From assembly GCA_963793305.1 (NCBI GenBank), contig CAWBZV010000002.1, positions 704,001 to 768,000 on the forward strand: a DNA stretch of 64,000 nucleotides. Reading direction: 5' to 3'. Numbering within the stretch: the first letter of the stretch is position 1; every line of letters begins with the position of its first letter. This document shows positions 1 to 10,114 of this stretch, in pieces. The notes under the pieces were generated by a model that saw nothing but the letters and a program-made list of their open reading frames with translations, was not told the origin of the DNA and made no database searches. The DNA is from an uncultured Gemmatimonadales bacterium. Lineage in GTDB: Bacteria; Gemmatimonadota; Gemmatimonadetes; Gemmatimonadales; Gemmatimonadaceae. Position numbers and translations under genes: made by a program.

Positions 1-293
1 GCGATCCGATCATCGTGCCGACAGGCCCGTATCTCATTCGCGCCAACGACCCGCCGGGTATCCCGCGTCCGCGCGAGGTCGGCGCGCACGGGTTTGATCC
101 GGCGCAGGTCCCGGAGATGAAGTCCAGCTTTTTCGCGGTGGGCCCGCAGATCCGGCGCGGCGCGACGGTGGCCTCCTTCGAGGACGTCAACGTCTATCCG
201 CTCGTGGCGAAGATTCTCGGACTAGACATCGGGCCCATCATCGGGCCCATCGACGGGACCCTGACCCCCGTCCAATCCATCCTCGTTCGCTGA
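1..293 (+). CDS. C-terminal part of an alkaline phosphatase superfamily / ectonucleotide pyrophosphatase-phosphodiesterase (5' truncated by window)
   Basis: Frame is open from the window edge; GAHGFDP...EMKSSFFAVGP...FEDVNVYPLVAKILGL matches the NPP-family C-terminal motif. Confidence 0.8.
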   Translation, partial: DPIIVPTGPYLIRANDPPGIPRPREVGAHGFDPAQVPEMKSSFFAVGPQIRRGATVASFEDVNVYPLVAKILGLDIGPIIGPIDGTLTPVQSILVR

Positions 294-848
294 GCCGTCG
301 CCGAACTCCCGCTCCAGCGCGGCAAGGGCATGATCGACAATGTCCTGCGCTCCGCGCTGAGCCGCGCTCGCCAGCATATCCGCCAGCTCGGCCGCGAGGT
401 CGTCCGGATATTTCCGCATAGCGTCATAGCGCACCAGATCGCCCACCGGCACCTGTCGCATGCCGGCGAACAAATCCGCCAACGGCCCTTCGGGCTGGGG
501 CTCGACGGCCTCCTCATACGACTGGCTCGCGGCTTCCCATGGCTCCGCCGTGTCCGGAAACAACGTCTCGGGAATGAGCGCCATAAGGCGCGCCTGCACG
601 CCCGGCGGGTAGGCCATGCCGTACAACAACAACCGCCTGGGCTCGGCGAACAGTCCGAGCTCCGTCATCATTTCTTCTTCCTCCGGCGCCGCCGCAAACC
701 TCGACAGCAACTGCTGCTCGGCAAATAGGCCGAGGCACACGGCGCCCTCGGGGAGCGAGTCGGGCACAAGCTCGCCGCCGAGTCGCTCGACGCGCAACGC
801 CAGCGCCTGACTCACCACCAGCGCTTGGACGGTGAACGGGTCCGACAT
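222..848 (-). CDS. hypothetical acidic protein (~208 aa)
   Basis: ATG at 848 (MSDPFTVQ) preceded by TATATT 7 nt upstream; protein-like composition; the upstream extension of the ORF overlaps hipA. Confidence 0.7.
   Translation of the reverse strand: MSDPFTVQALVVSQALALRVERLGGELVPDSLPEGAVCLGLFAEQQLLSRFAAAPEEEEMMTELGLFAEPRRLLLYGMAYPPGVQARLMALIPETLFPDTAEPWEAASQSYEEAVEPQPEGPLADLFAGMRQVPVGDLVRYDAMRKYPDDLAAELADMLASAAQRGAQDIVDHALAALEREFGDGSANEDGLDGGQGPVDGPDDGPDV
227..250. repeat. 12-bp perfect tandem duplication CATCGGGCCCAT x2
   Basis: 227-238 is identical to 239-250; in frame in both overlapping convergent genes. Confidence 0.85.
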
Positions 849-894
849 AGCGCGAAATATACATAGCGTGCGCACTAGGGCTGGCGGAACACAC

Positions 895-2187
895 TCACGG
901 TAAGAATCCTCGCGCGATCTCCAGATCCTCGTGCTCGAACGCCGTCGCCATCCGGTCACACGCCGCCCCGGCGAGCCCCATGGTCGACGCCACATTGCGC
1001 CACTCTGCCACAACCGCCGCGATCTCGCCCGCGATCTGCCGTGCCTCACGCAACGCAACGTCGAAGTCGGGAGCGACGCTCAACGCTACATCCAGTGACG
1101 CCGACAGATCGTCGTCGAGGCCAATGGCCGTCGAGAGAAACCGTGGCTTCACATCGGTCGGCACCGGGTTGAGATCATAAGCCGGCGCCAACCGCCACCC
1201 ATCCGGTCCGGCATACAGGAACCCGTGGTTCCGCAGATGATCGTCGGTGTTTGAGATGAGCACGTTGAACACCACCCGCCGCCATAACTGCGCGATATCG
1301 GTCGCCGTCTCGGCCCCATATCGCCGCAACGAGTCCGCAATCTCGAGATAACTGCGCGGCGCTCGGTCGACCGCGTCCAACATGCTCATCGCCGACAGAA
1401 ACGGAACCCGCTCCACCAATGACACAGCACCCGCACCCTCCCGTAGGCGCCGATCAAACCGCCGCACGAGCAACACGTCGTGCCCCGCCACCTCCTCAAT
1501 GCGCCACGTCGGGACAACGATCCCCGCCCAATGCGCCAGCGTCAGCGCGACCGCCTCCCATCGGATGACACGCCACGCATCACTCTTCGACGGAAACTTG
1601 GCGATTGACAACTGCCCATCGTGATCCCGGACGGATGCCTTGGGCCGCGCCCCCCCCAGCGACGAGCCCGGCGCCAACAGCACCGCGAGATCCGCATCAC
1701 TCTCCCGATCACTTTCCAGGTGCTCGCTCGCCCGCAACAACCGCGGCAACGCCACCAACGGAGGAACAGCCGCCTCCGACTCATGGGCGACGAACGCGCC
1801 ACCCATCTGGCCTGCGAACCGGAGTGCGCCTGGCCTGGTGATGTCCGAAACGCCGAGGAGATAATCGATCTCGCGCAACTCGCGCGGCCGGCGCCCCTCT
1901 CGCTTCGCCCGATGCCGCTCCGCCGCCGCAATCAACGATCGCCCCCATCGATCCGGCGCCGAATCGCCGATGGCCCCAAACAGCGCCCGCCCCTCCACCG
2001 TGTGAAACGGCCCGGGATCCAGCGTCAGCGCCGGCTCCAGCGCAAATCGTTCGGGTTGAGCGAGCCACGCCGCGTCGTACTCGAACGTCGCCGACTGACG
2101 TCCGCGTTGCGCGACGGCCCACAATCGTCCCACGAACCGCGGTGTCCCTCGGAGATCGACATAGACGAACGCCACCGGCGCACTCAC
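895..2187 (-). CDS. hipA: type II toxin-antitoxin HipA family kinase toxin
   Basis: N-terminal Couple_hipA-like FEYD...DSAPDRWGR; SLGGARPK P-loop; NTDDHLRNHG catalytic motif; LAPAYD. Confidence 0.93.
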   Translation of the reverse strand: MSAPVAFVYVDLRGTPRFVGRLWAVAQRGRQSATFEYDAAWLAQPERFALEPALTLDPGPFHTVEGRALFGAIGDSAPDRWGRSLIAAAERHRAKREGRRPRELREIDYLLGVSDITRPGALRFAGQMGGAFVAHESEAAVPPLVALPRLLRASEHLESDRESDADLAVLLAPGSSLGGARPKASVRDHDGQLSIAKFPSKSDAWRVIRWEAVALTLAHWAGIVVPTWRIEEVAGHDVLLVRRFDRRLREGAGAVSLVERVPFLSAMSMLDAVDRAPRSYLEIADSLRRYGAETATDIAQLWRRVVFNVLISNTDDHLRNHGFLYAGPDGWRLAPAYDLNPVPTDVKPRFLSTAIGLDDDLSASLDVALSVAPDFDVALREARQIAGEIAAVVAEWRNVASTMGLAGAACDRMATAFEHEDLEIARGFLP

Positions 2188-2531
2188 GCCGCACCTCCAG
2201 GCCCCGCCGCGCCATCGGTTCGCCGCCGCCGGATGCGCTGCGGCAGTCGCTCGTCCTCCAAAGCCAGTCCCACCCGATCGTGTTGAACCGCCGCCAGGTT
2301 CGACAGCCGATCGGCGAGACCAAGTACGAACAGAACGGTCGCGTAGATGCCCAGCGACACCGCCGGATCGCCTCGTTCGACTTTGCGCAGCGTCGTTTCG
2401 GATATCATCGCCCGCTGCGCCAGCAGCGCAATCGGGATCCGGCGCCGCCGGCGCGCGTCCCGCAGGTCGGTCCCCAGCTGCCTGAGCGCTCGTCGGATAG
2501 GCACCGGAAGGGGAGGTAGCGCTCTAGCCAT
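2184..2531 (-). CDS. XRE-family HTH protein, HipB-like antitoxin
   Basis: LRDARRRR...LAQRAMISETTLRKVERGDPAVSLG HTH; overlaps the hipA start; ATG at 2531. Confidence 0.88.
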   Translation of the reverse strand: MARALPPLPVPIRRALRQLGTDLRDARRRRRIPIALLAQRAMISETTLRKVERGDPAVSLGIYATVLFVLGLADRLSNLAAVQHDRVGLALEDERLPQRIRRRRTDGAAGPGGAA

Positions 2532-2586
2532 AACCACCAATATAACACGTCTTACGCCATTTAACCACCGCGATATTAACGCTTAC
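2527..2586 (-). promoter_or_regulatory. hipBA-like promoter: extended -10 (TG-t-TATATT) within two imperfect ~30-bp direct repeats
   Basis: The minus strand reads GTAAGCGTTAATATCGCGGTGGTTAAATGGC then GTAAGACGTGTTATATTGGTGGTTATGGC; TATATT at 2539-2544 lies 7 nt before the ATG. Confidence 0.55.
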
Positions 2587-2623
2587 ATATTGCGGCCTGG
2601 AACCCTGGCGGTAGCCTGCCGAG

Positions 2624-4153
2624 TTAAATCTCATCCTCGGTCGACACGGTCCGGTAGCGCAACGCTTCCGCCACCGCCGCGCGGCTGATCCCGGCCGCGC
2701 CGTCCAAGTCGGCGATCGTGCGAGCGACGCGCAGGATGCGGTGGTATACGCGCGCTGAGAATTGGTACCTCGTGGCAGCCTTGACGAGGAGAGTGCGCGC
2801 GTCGGCATCGACAGGCGTGCAGGAGTCGAGCCATCGGCCGCTGGCGTGGGCGTTTGACAGCGTGCCGCGGTACCGCGCGCGCTGCAGCGCCCGAGCGGCC
2901 TCCACGCGCGCACGAATCGACTCCGAGCCCTCGGATGGGGGCGCCTTGTGACCCGAGAGCTCGTCGATCGGAACGGCGCCGACGAATACGTGCATGTCGA
3001 TGCGGTCGGCCAACGGGCCCGATAAGCGTGCTTGATAGCGGCGAACCTCGCGCATGGCGCAACGACAGGGCACGGCGGGATCGCCCGCGTGACCGCACGG
3101 GCACGGGTTCGCGGCACCGACGAGCGTGACCTGGGCCGGATAGATCACCGTGCGTTGCGCACGCGTGATCACCACGCGGCCATCTTCCAGCGGCTGGCGA
3201 AGTGCTTCCAGTGCGCGACGCGAGAATTCGAGCAGCTCGTCGAGAAACAAGACGCCGAGATGCGCCAGACTGACCTCGCCCGGATGTGGTGACCGGCCGC
3301 CGCCGACCAACCCCGCATAAGAGATCGTGTGGTGCGGAGCGCGGAAGGGACGCGGAGGCGGCAGCGGCGTATCCAACGTCACAAGGCCCGCCACCGACTG
3401 CACGGCAATGACGTCCAGCGCTTCCTCTTCCGATAGCGTCGGCAATATCGTCGGAAGGCGTCGCGCCAGCATCGTCTTCCCGGCCCCCGGTGGGCCGAGC
3501 AGCATCACATTGTGCCCGCCGGCCGCGGCGACTTCGAGCGCGCGCTTGGCGCTGACCTGCCCAACGACATCGGCGAAATCGAGTTCCTCGCGCGCGTTGC
3601 GCGTCGCGCGCTCGGGCACGACGACCTGACGCAGTGTGCCGGTGCCGAGGGCGGTGACGAGCGCGCCGAGTGTCGAGCATGAAACGAGGCGCTCGACCAG
3701 ATGCGCGATCAGCGCGGCTTCGCCGAGGTTGACGGGCGGCACGAACAGCCTGTCAGAGGGCGAGCGGGCGACGTGTCGCGCGATCGAGAGCATCCCGCGG
3801 ACACCGCGGATCTCGCCGTCGAGGCCGAGCTCACCGACTACGATGAGATCGCGCAGCGCGTGGGGGTCGAGCTGACCTGTTGCTGCGAGCAGCGCCAACG
3901 CAATCGGCAGATCGAACGCCGTCCCGACTTTCTTTGTGTCGGCGGGCGCAAGGTTGACTGTCATGCGTCGTGGCGGCACGACGAGGTCCGAGTTCCTCAG
4001 CGCCGCGTTGACACGCTCTCGGCTCTCTTTGACGGCACTTTCCGGCAACCCCACGATGGTCCAGCTCGGCAATCCCATGGCCGCGTCGAGCTCGACGATG
4101 ACCTCAGACGCTTCGATGCCGTCGACGGCCGCGGACCGTACGCTCGCGTGCAC
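2624..4153 (-). CDS. comM: YifB/ComM family Mg-chelatase-like AAA+ ATPase
   Basis: IVGLPESAVKESRERV, NLAPAD, GELGLDG, GPPGAGKT, PFRAPHHT, GEVSLAH.GVLFLDE, NPCPCG; likely GTG start at 4153. Confidence 0.95.
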   Translation of the reverse strand: MHASVRSAAVDGIEASEVIVELDAAMGLPSWTIVGLPESAVKESRERVNAALRNSDLVVPPRRMTVNLAPADTKKVGTAFDLPIALALLAATGQLDPHALRDLIVVGELGLDGEIRGVRGMLSIARHVARSPSDRLFVPPVNLGEAALIAHLVERLVSCSTLGALVTALGTGTLRQVVVPERATRNAREELDFADVVGQVSAKRALEVAAAGGHNVMLLGPPGAGKTMLARRLPTILPTLSEEEALDVIAVQSVAGLVTLDTPLPPPRPFRAPHHTISYAGLVGGGRSPHPGEVSLAHLGVLFLDELLEFSRRALEALRQPLEDGRVVITRAQRTVIYPAQVTLVGAANPCPCGHAGDPAVPCRCAMREVRRYQARLSGPLADRIDMHVFVGAVPIDELSGHKAPPSEGSESIRARVEAARALQRARYRGTLSNAHASGRWLDSCTPVDADARTLLVKAATRYQFSARVYHRILRVARTIADLDGAAGISRAAVAEALRYRTVSTEDEI

Positions 4154-4268
4154 CCGCCGAGCATATGGTGCCAGCCGGCTGAGACCATCATCGCGGCACG
4201 GCGCATTGTTCATCTTATCGCCGACGCTCTCAGCGTGACGGCTCGTCGACGGGCGTCGTCGCTCGTGC

Positions 4269-4619
4269 ATGCCAGACTACAAGACCAGCGAAGGTCAAAC
4301 AGCCGCGCTCGGCGGTGTCGACGCCCTGATCGCGCTGTACGACGCAGCTCCGGACATGGGCGGCCCCAACCCGAACGCACTCCGCGGCGCTGTTGCGTCG
4401 GTGCGACGCGATCCAGGGTTGTCAGTCGATGCGCAACGCCTGTTCGACAAGGTCGAACGCGCGATAAGTGTAGAACTCCAGGAGCGCTTGCCGGTCGCGC
4501 CGGACGTCTTACAATCGCGGCGAGCGGAGCTCAAGCACCAATTGCGGCTCTTGCACAACCAGCTTACGGAAGACGTGATACGCGCCCAGCGCGCCGCCGT
4601 TTCTGAGCATCACAGCTGA
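4269..4619 (+). CDS. hypothetical helical protein (116 aa)
   Basis: ATG-started ORF filling the gap between comM and the nuclease gene; no recognisable motif. Confidence 0.55.
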   Translation: MPDYKTSEGQTAALGGVDALIALYDAAPDMGGPNPNALRGAVASVRRDPGLSVDAQRLFDKVERAISVELQERLPVAPDVLQSRRAELKHQLRLLHNQLTEDVIRAQRAAVSEHHS

Positions 4620-4638
4620 TCGCAGTCGCTGTACTTCA

Positions 4639-5493
4639 ATGCCACGCTTCCGGCCGAACGACGATAAAGGCTCCTTGTCGCGATTCGATACGCCGATTCG
4701 CATCAAGTGGCTCGTCAATGTGAAAGGGTGGGTAGACGAATTTCCGGCAGGTGCGTTCGCCAGCCATCAAGACGGCCGCGAAGCGAGCCATTGTGTCTTC
4801 AACCCACACGACCAACCCGACGGCCGCGCGCACTACCGGCTCTCTCTGGCCGGTAGGCGTGCCCGGCTCGACTACTCAGCATGTGCGCGTCAGAACGAAC
4901 GAGAGGGTATGGAGCTTGGCGTCTTGACGCTCATCTTCGCGGACAGCTCACGCGCGCGCGTGCTTGATGTGTGGTGGCAAGAGCACGTAGACGGAGTAGT
5001 CCAGAAGGGCGTTGCCCAGCAGATTACCGGCCCGTCCGGTCAATCCGCAGTTCGCGCCTCCTTGGCGGCTCTTGAGTTGTACGAGCTCGGCCAAGGTCGA
5101 CAGACCGATCCACGCGCCCGCGAAGCGGTCGAGCGGTATGCAATGCGCCGCGCACAACGGCACTACGAGCGCGAGAACTGGCAGGTGGAGAATGTTAGCC
5201 AGCGAGAATCCTTCGACCTATACTGCAAACGAGACGCGACGACGCTTCGGGTAGAAGTGAAAGGCACCATTGGGTCTGCGCGCTCGATTGTCGTCACGGG
5301 CCGGGAGCTGGAGCTGGCGAAACAGCACTACCCGAACGTGGCGCTCTACGTCGTGCACGCGATCGGGCTCAAACGAAACGCTGCAGGTAACTTTCGAGCC
5401 TACGCCGGAGAGGTCCGACTGATCGAGCCGTGGGACCCGGATGGCGGCGACCGGGAAGTCGTCACCGTACGTTGGTACCTGCCGGAGCTGTAA
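4639..5493 (+). CDS. DUF3883 / NOV_C-like PD-(D/E)xK nuclease domain protein with an unrecognised N-terminal domain
   Basis: C-terminal AVERYAMRRAQRHYERENWQVENVS...FDLYC...RVEVKGT...VTGRE is typical of DUF3883. Confidence 0.8.
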   Translation: MPRFRPNDDKGSLSRFDTPIRIKWLVNVKGWVDEFPAGAFASHQDGREASHCVFNPHDQPDGRAHYRLSLAGRRARLDYSACARQNEREGMELGVLTLIFADSSRARVLDVWWQEHVDGVVQKGVAQQITGPSGQSAVRASLAALELYELGQGRQTDPRAREAVERYAMRRAQRHYERENWQVENVSQRESFDLYCKRDATTLRVEVKGTIGSARSIVVTGRELELAKQHYPNVALYVVHAIGLKRNAAGNFRAYAGEVRLIEPWDPDGGDREVVTVRWYLPEL

Positions 5494-5663
5494 CTGTACT
5501 GCGGCGGATCGGGGTACGACGGGGCCGGCGGTGCTACCCGTTGCTGAGGCAGTGAGAGGGCTGGCATGCCGTCGAAACGGCCATAGTCACGCTAACCACG
5601 CGGCGAGGACGGCGCTGACTGGTGCGCCGGCGACGCGAGCTGCCGCCTTGTTCAGCAACGTAC

Positions 5664-8343
5664 TTACTCGGCTCGCAAGACAGCGACGGGGTCAGCGTGC
5701 GCGGCGGTGCGTGCGGGGATGTAGGTCGCGATGAGCGCGACGATCGCGAGTATGGCGAGCACGGTCGTGTAGGTGAGCGGGTCGGTCGGCGTGACCTCGA
5801 AGAGCACCGCGCGCATGCCGCGGGCGGCGAGTAAGGCTGCGGCGAGACCCAGGGTCATGCCAATGCCGGTGAGAAGGACGCCGCGGGCCATGACCATCGT
5901 GAGCACGCGGCGCGCGTCGGCGCCGAGGGCGATGCGGATGCCGATCTCGGCTTGGCGCTGGCGGACCGTGTAGGCGACGACGCCGTAGATGCCGAGGGCC
6001 CCGAGGAGGAGGCCGAGGCCGCCGAAGAGGTTCAAAAGAATCGCCAGAAGACGAGGGCGGGTGACCGCGCGCTCGACGACGCGGTCGAGTGTCGTGACCT
6101 CGCCGATCGCCTGGTCCTTGTCGACAGACCAGATCGCAGCGCGAACCGCGGCGGTGATGGCGGCCGGGTCGCCGCGCGTGCGCACGACCATGGTGACCGT
6201 TCCGCGCATGTTCTGCGCGTTCGCGATGTAGAGCGACGGGCGCGGCGCCGCGTCCAGGCCGAATTGCCGCGTGTCGCGCGCGACCCCAACGATCGTCACT
6301 CCGCCGGCCCCAATGCGAAGTTGGTGGCCCGGGACGGCGTCGATGCCGGCGGGGATGTACTTGCGGACGAACGCCTCGTTGACGACGGCTACGTCCGGCG
6401 CGCCGAGCGTATCGCGGTTGGTGAACTCGCGTCCCGCGATCACCGGAATGTCCATCGTGCGGAAATAATCCGCGCTGATGTGAAACGCCGGCACGACGGG
6501 TCGCTCGTTCTTCGGCGGTGGTGGCTCGCCGACCACGTCGAACGACCAGGCCTCCTCCCCGCCATCGAGCGGCAGAACTTTCGTCGAGCCGACGGCGACC
6601 ACGCCAGGCACGGCGCGTACGCGGTCGAACACGGCATTGGCGTAGCGTGGCCCGGTTGTGTCCCCGTAGCGGTAGCTCGGGATCGAGAATCGCACGGCGA
6701 GCGCGTGGTCAGGCCGAAATCCCGGGTCGGTCGAGATGAGGAGCCCCAAGCTCTTCACCATAAGCCCGGCGCCGCACACGAGGACCACCGCGATCGCGAC
6801 CTGGGCGATCACGAATGCGTGCCGCAAGCGCTGACCTTCGGCGCCAATGGTCACCTGTCGGGTCCCGATCAGTCGCGTGGAGCGAACCCCGCGCCAGCGG
6901 GCTCGCCAAGCAACCGACGCCCCAAGGGCCGAGTCCGAAGAGGCAATCGCGGGAATCGCGCTGAACAAGAGGCCGCAGACGATCGCGATCGTCAGGGCCA
7001 GCGCGACGACGGACCAGTCGAGACGCTCGACCGGCACGCGCGGCAGCTCGGAGGCCGCGAGCACGACGAAACCATGGAGCGTAATCCGGGCGACGAGGAG
7101 GCCGGCCGCGGCGCCGAACAGCGCCAGCACCAGACTCTCGGTCAGAACCTGTCGCGCAAGGCGCAGCCGCTCACCGCCCAGCGCGGCGCGGATCGCGAAC
7201 TCGCGCGTGCGACCGCTGGCGCGAGCCAGCAAGAGGCCCGCGACATTGATCACGGCGATGAGCAACACAAAGCCGACGGCGCCGAGCATCACGAGCAGGG
7301 CAGGGCGAACGTCGCCCACGATCGAGGACAGGAGTGGACGGACGGTAACGGCGTCCCAGCCGTGGTCCGCATCGGGATACTCGGTCGCGAGCCGCTGTTG
7401 GACGACGGTCAGCGCGGTCCGCGCTTGGTCGAGCCGCACATCCGGCCGCAGCCGGCCGACGACGCCGAGCCAACGGTCGACGCGGAGTTTCCAGGGCGTG
7501 TCGTCCTGGCTCTGATAGAGCGCCGATAGCCAGACATCAGGCGCGTGCGTGGTCCCGGGAAATCGCATCGTGGGCGGCATGACACCGACGACGACGTGCG
7601 GCTGCCCATCCAACTGGATCGCGCGTCCCACGATACCGGGGTCGGCGCCGAAGCGTCGCCGCCACAAGCCATCATTGAGCACGACCACGCGCTCGCCGCC
7701 CTCCTGCATCTCGCTCACGCGCGGCACGCGACCGAGCTTGGCGTCGACACCGAGCGTCTGGAAGAACGTCGGGGTCACGAACGCCGGGTCGAGGCTCTCT
7801 GGTGGGCCGTCGCCAGTGAGCGCGACCGAGATTTGGCCCGCCTCGTACCAAAATCCCGCCATCTCGGCGAAGGCCTGCTGTCCTGTCCGCCAGTCGTCGA
7901 GATCCGGAACGGAGATGGGCCCGGAACGTCACGTCGCGGTGCGGATCGGACGGCCACAGGCGAACGAGCTGGCTGGCGTCGCGGAACTCGAGCGGCGCGA
8001 GCAGCATGTGGCGGACGATGCTGAAGATCGCGCCGGAGGCGCCGACACCCAGGGCCAGCGTAAGCACCGCCACCACCGTGAAGACCGGGCTCCGTCGCAT
8101 GAGGCGGAGCGAGTAGCGCACGTCCTGCGCGAGCTCGGCCCACCACTCGCGCCGCTCGCGCGACTGGTCCAGTGCCACCATATCCGCCTTCGCGCGATGA
8201 ATGTCGCCAAAGCGCCGCCGCGCTTCGCGCGTCGCGTCCGCTTCGCTCATTCCGCTGGCAATGAGCTCATCCCGGACCATCGCCAGGTGCGCGGCGATCT
8301 CGTCCTCTACGTCCCCATCGATAGACTTGCGCCAGTGTATCAC
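5664..8343 (-). CDS. duplicated ABC transporter permease (ADOP/MacB-like); apparent +1 frameshift at ~7925
   Basis: N-terminal DVEDEIAAHL...ARRRFG...QDVRYSLR; two FtsX-like halves (REFAIRAALG, EIGIRIALGA); deleting one A at 7925-7926 joins the two frames; GTGA overlap with padR. Confidence 0.88.
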
Positions 8344-8675
8344 ACGGCCTCCAACACACGCGACACCGCCGCGGCGTATCGCTGCCAGACCGAGATCCGG
8401 GCGGCGAGTTGCTTCCGCCCCGCCGCGGTCAACGCGTAGTACTTGGCGGCGCGATTGTTCTCCGAGCGCCCCCACTGGCCGCGCACCCAGCCGCGCTTCT
8501 CGATGCGGTGCAAGGCGGTATAGAGCGCGCCGTCTTCGACATGCAGCTCCTCGTCGGTGCGCTCCCCAATCCACCGCGCGACGGCATATCCGTGCCGCGG
8601 GCCCCAGACGAGCGCCTTGAGGACCAGGATGTCCAGCGTCCCTTGCACGAGGTCGAGATCCGTTCCCCTGAGCAT
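8340..8675 (-). CDS. PadR family transcriptional regulator
   Basis: LVQGTLDILVLKAL...HGYAV...GALYTALHRIE..GW...SENNRAAKYYALT; adjacent to the ADOP permease. Confidence 0.95.
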   Translation of the reverse strand: MLRGTDLDLVQGTLDILVLKALVWGPRHGYAVARWIGERTDEELHVEDGALYTALHRIEKRGWVRGQWGRSENNRAAKYYALTAAGRKQLAARISVWQRYAAAVSRVLEAV

Positions 8676-8738
8676 CTAAGGGGTACGATGCCGCCCGGCG
8701 GCCTGGCCGTCAAGGCTTCGCGTGCCATAATTTCCCTG

Positions 8739-9752
8739 ATGCTCGACCGCCGCCTCTGGTTCCAGTCACTCGCTCGACCCCGGTTCGAGCGCGCCGAGGA
8801 CGTCGTCGAGTGGTTCGGCGCCGTGCAATCACAGGACTTCGTGGCCGCCAAGTGGGCGGTCGCGCAGCGCACCCGCTCGTTGTCCGACTCGGACGTTGAG
8901 CGGGCGATCAACAGCGGCACGGTGCTCCGGACACACGTGCTCAGGCCCACGTGGCATTTCGCGCCCGCGAAGGATATCCGGTGGATGCTGGCGCTGACGG
9001 CGCCGAGGATCCGCGCGAGCATGGCGCGCCTCGGGCACTGGTTCGGCCTTACCCCCGACGCGTTCCCGCGCGCGAATCGGGCCATCGCCAGGGCGCTGTC
9101 CGGCGGCCGCCAGATGACGCGCGCCGAGCTCGGCCCGATAGTCGGGCAGCGCACGGGCGCACTCGGCCACGTGCTGGCGTTCGCGGAGTTGGATGGGCTG
9201 ATCTGTAGTGGCGTGTTACGAGGGAAAGAGCATACGTATGCCTTGCTCGATGAGCGCGTGCCGGCGACGCGACCGATCGGGCGCGATGAGGCGCTGGCAT
9301 TGCTCGCGCGACGGTATTTTCGGAGTCATGGCCCCGCGACGCTCAAGGATTTTGTGTGGTGGTCTGGGCTCTTGGTGAGCGAGGCGCGGCAAGCCATTGC
9401 GAGCGCCGCGGGCCTGGTGGCCGAGACCATTGACGGCACGACGTACTGGCTGTCGGACAGGGCGTCCGGTATGGCGCAGAACAACCGTGTGCACCTCCTG
9501 CCCAACTTTGACGAGTACCTGGTCGCCTACGTCGATCGGAGCCACGCGGCCCGGGGCCTGACCTCTCAGGTGGCTTTGTCCAACGTGGTCGTCGCCGACG
9601 GCCGCGTGGTCGGCACCTGGCGACGGACGATTTCGGCCAGCGCGGCGGTGGTGGACGTGACCCTGTTCAGCAGGGTACGAAAGGCGGGACTCGAGCGAGC
9701 GGTCGAGCGGTTCGGCGCGTTCTACGGACGGGCGGCTAGTTTTCGGGTATGA
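8739..9752 (+). CDS. AlkZ-like winged-helix (HTH_42) DNA glycosylase family protein
   Basis: GAVQSQD (QxQ), RTHVLRPTWH, RYFRSHGPATLKDFVWWSG, LLPNFDEYLVAY; ATG at 8739 after CATAAT. Confidence 0.88.
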   Translation: MLDRRLWFQSLARPRFERAEDVVEWFGAVQSQDFVAAKWAVAQRTRSLSDSDVERAINSGTVLRTHVLRPTWHFAPAKDIRWMLALTAPRIRASMARLGHWFGLTPDAFPRANRAIARALSGGRQMTRAELGPIVGQRTGALGHVLAFAELDGLICSGVLRGKEHTYALLDERVPATRPIGRDEALALLARRYFRSHGPATLKDFVWWSGLLVSEARQAIASAAGLVAETIDGTTYWLSDRASGMAQNNRVHLLPNFDEYLVAYVDRSHAARGLTSQVALSNVVVADGRVVGTWRRTISASAAVVDVTLFSRVRKAGLERAVERFGAFYGRAASFRV

Positions 9753-10114
9753 CCACAACCGTCGTGAATCTCGCCGCGAAGCTCGGGTCCTTCACCGAGC
9801 ACTGGAGCCCGAAAATCGTCGGCGAAGTCAATGGGCAGCACGTGAAGGTCACGAAGATGCAGGGCGAGTTCGTCTGGCACTCGCACGCGAATGAGGACGA
9901 GCTGTTCCTTGTCGTCAAGGGTCGCCTCGTCATGCAGCTGCGGGACAAGACGCTGACGATCAACCCTGGCGAGTTCGTCGTGATTCCGAGGGGTGTCGAG
10001 CACTGTCCCACATCGGACGAGGAAGTGCACATCGTCCTCATCGAGCCGGCGGGCATCCTGCACTCGGGTGGCGTTGAGGACCCGCGGGCCGTCGCCGAGT
10101 ACGAGCGTATTTGA
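9749..10114 (+). CDS. cupin domain protein
   Basis: EHWSPKIVG...GEFVWHSH..EDELFLV...IPRGVEHCP. Confidence 0.92.
   Translation: MTTTVVNLAAKLGSFTEHWSPKIVGEVNGQHVKVTKMQGEFVWHSHANEDELFLVVKGRLVMQLRDKTLTINPGEFVVIPRGVEHCPTSDEEVHIVLIEPAGILHSGGVEDPRAVAEYERI

Noticed and set aside
227..250. 12-bp duplication as a target-site duplication
   Set aside because: The copies are adjacent with no element between them; slippage in the tails of two overlapping genes is simpler
895..5663. Integrative element or prophage at comM
   Set aside because: comM is intact; no integrase, transposase, phage gene or flanking att repeat was seen
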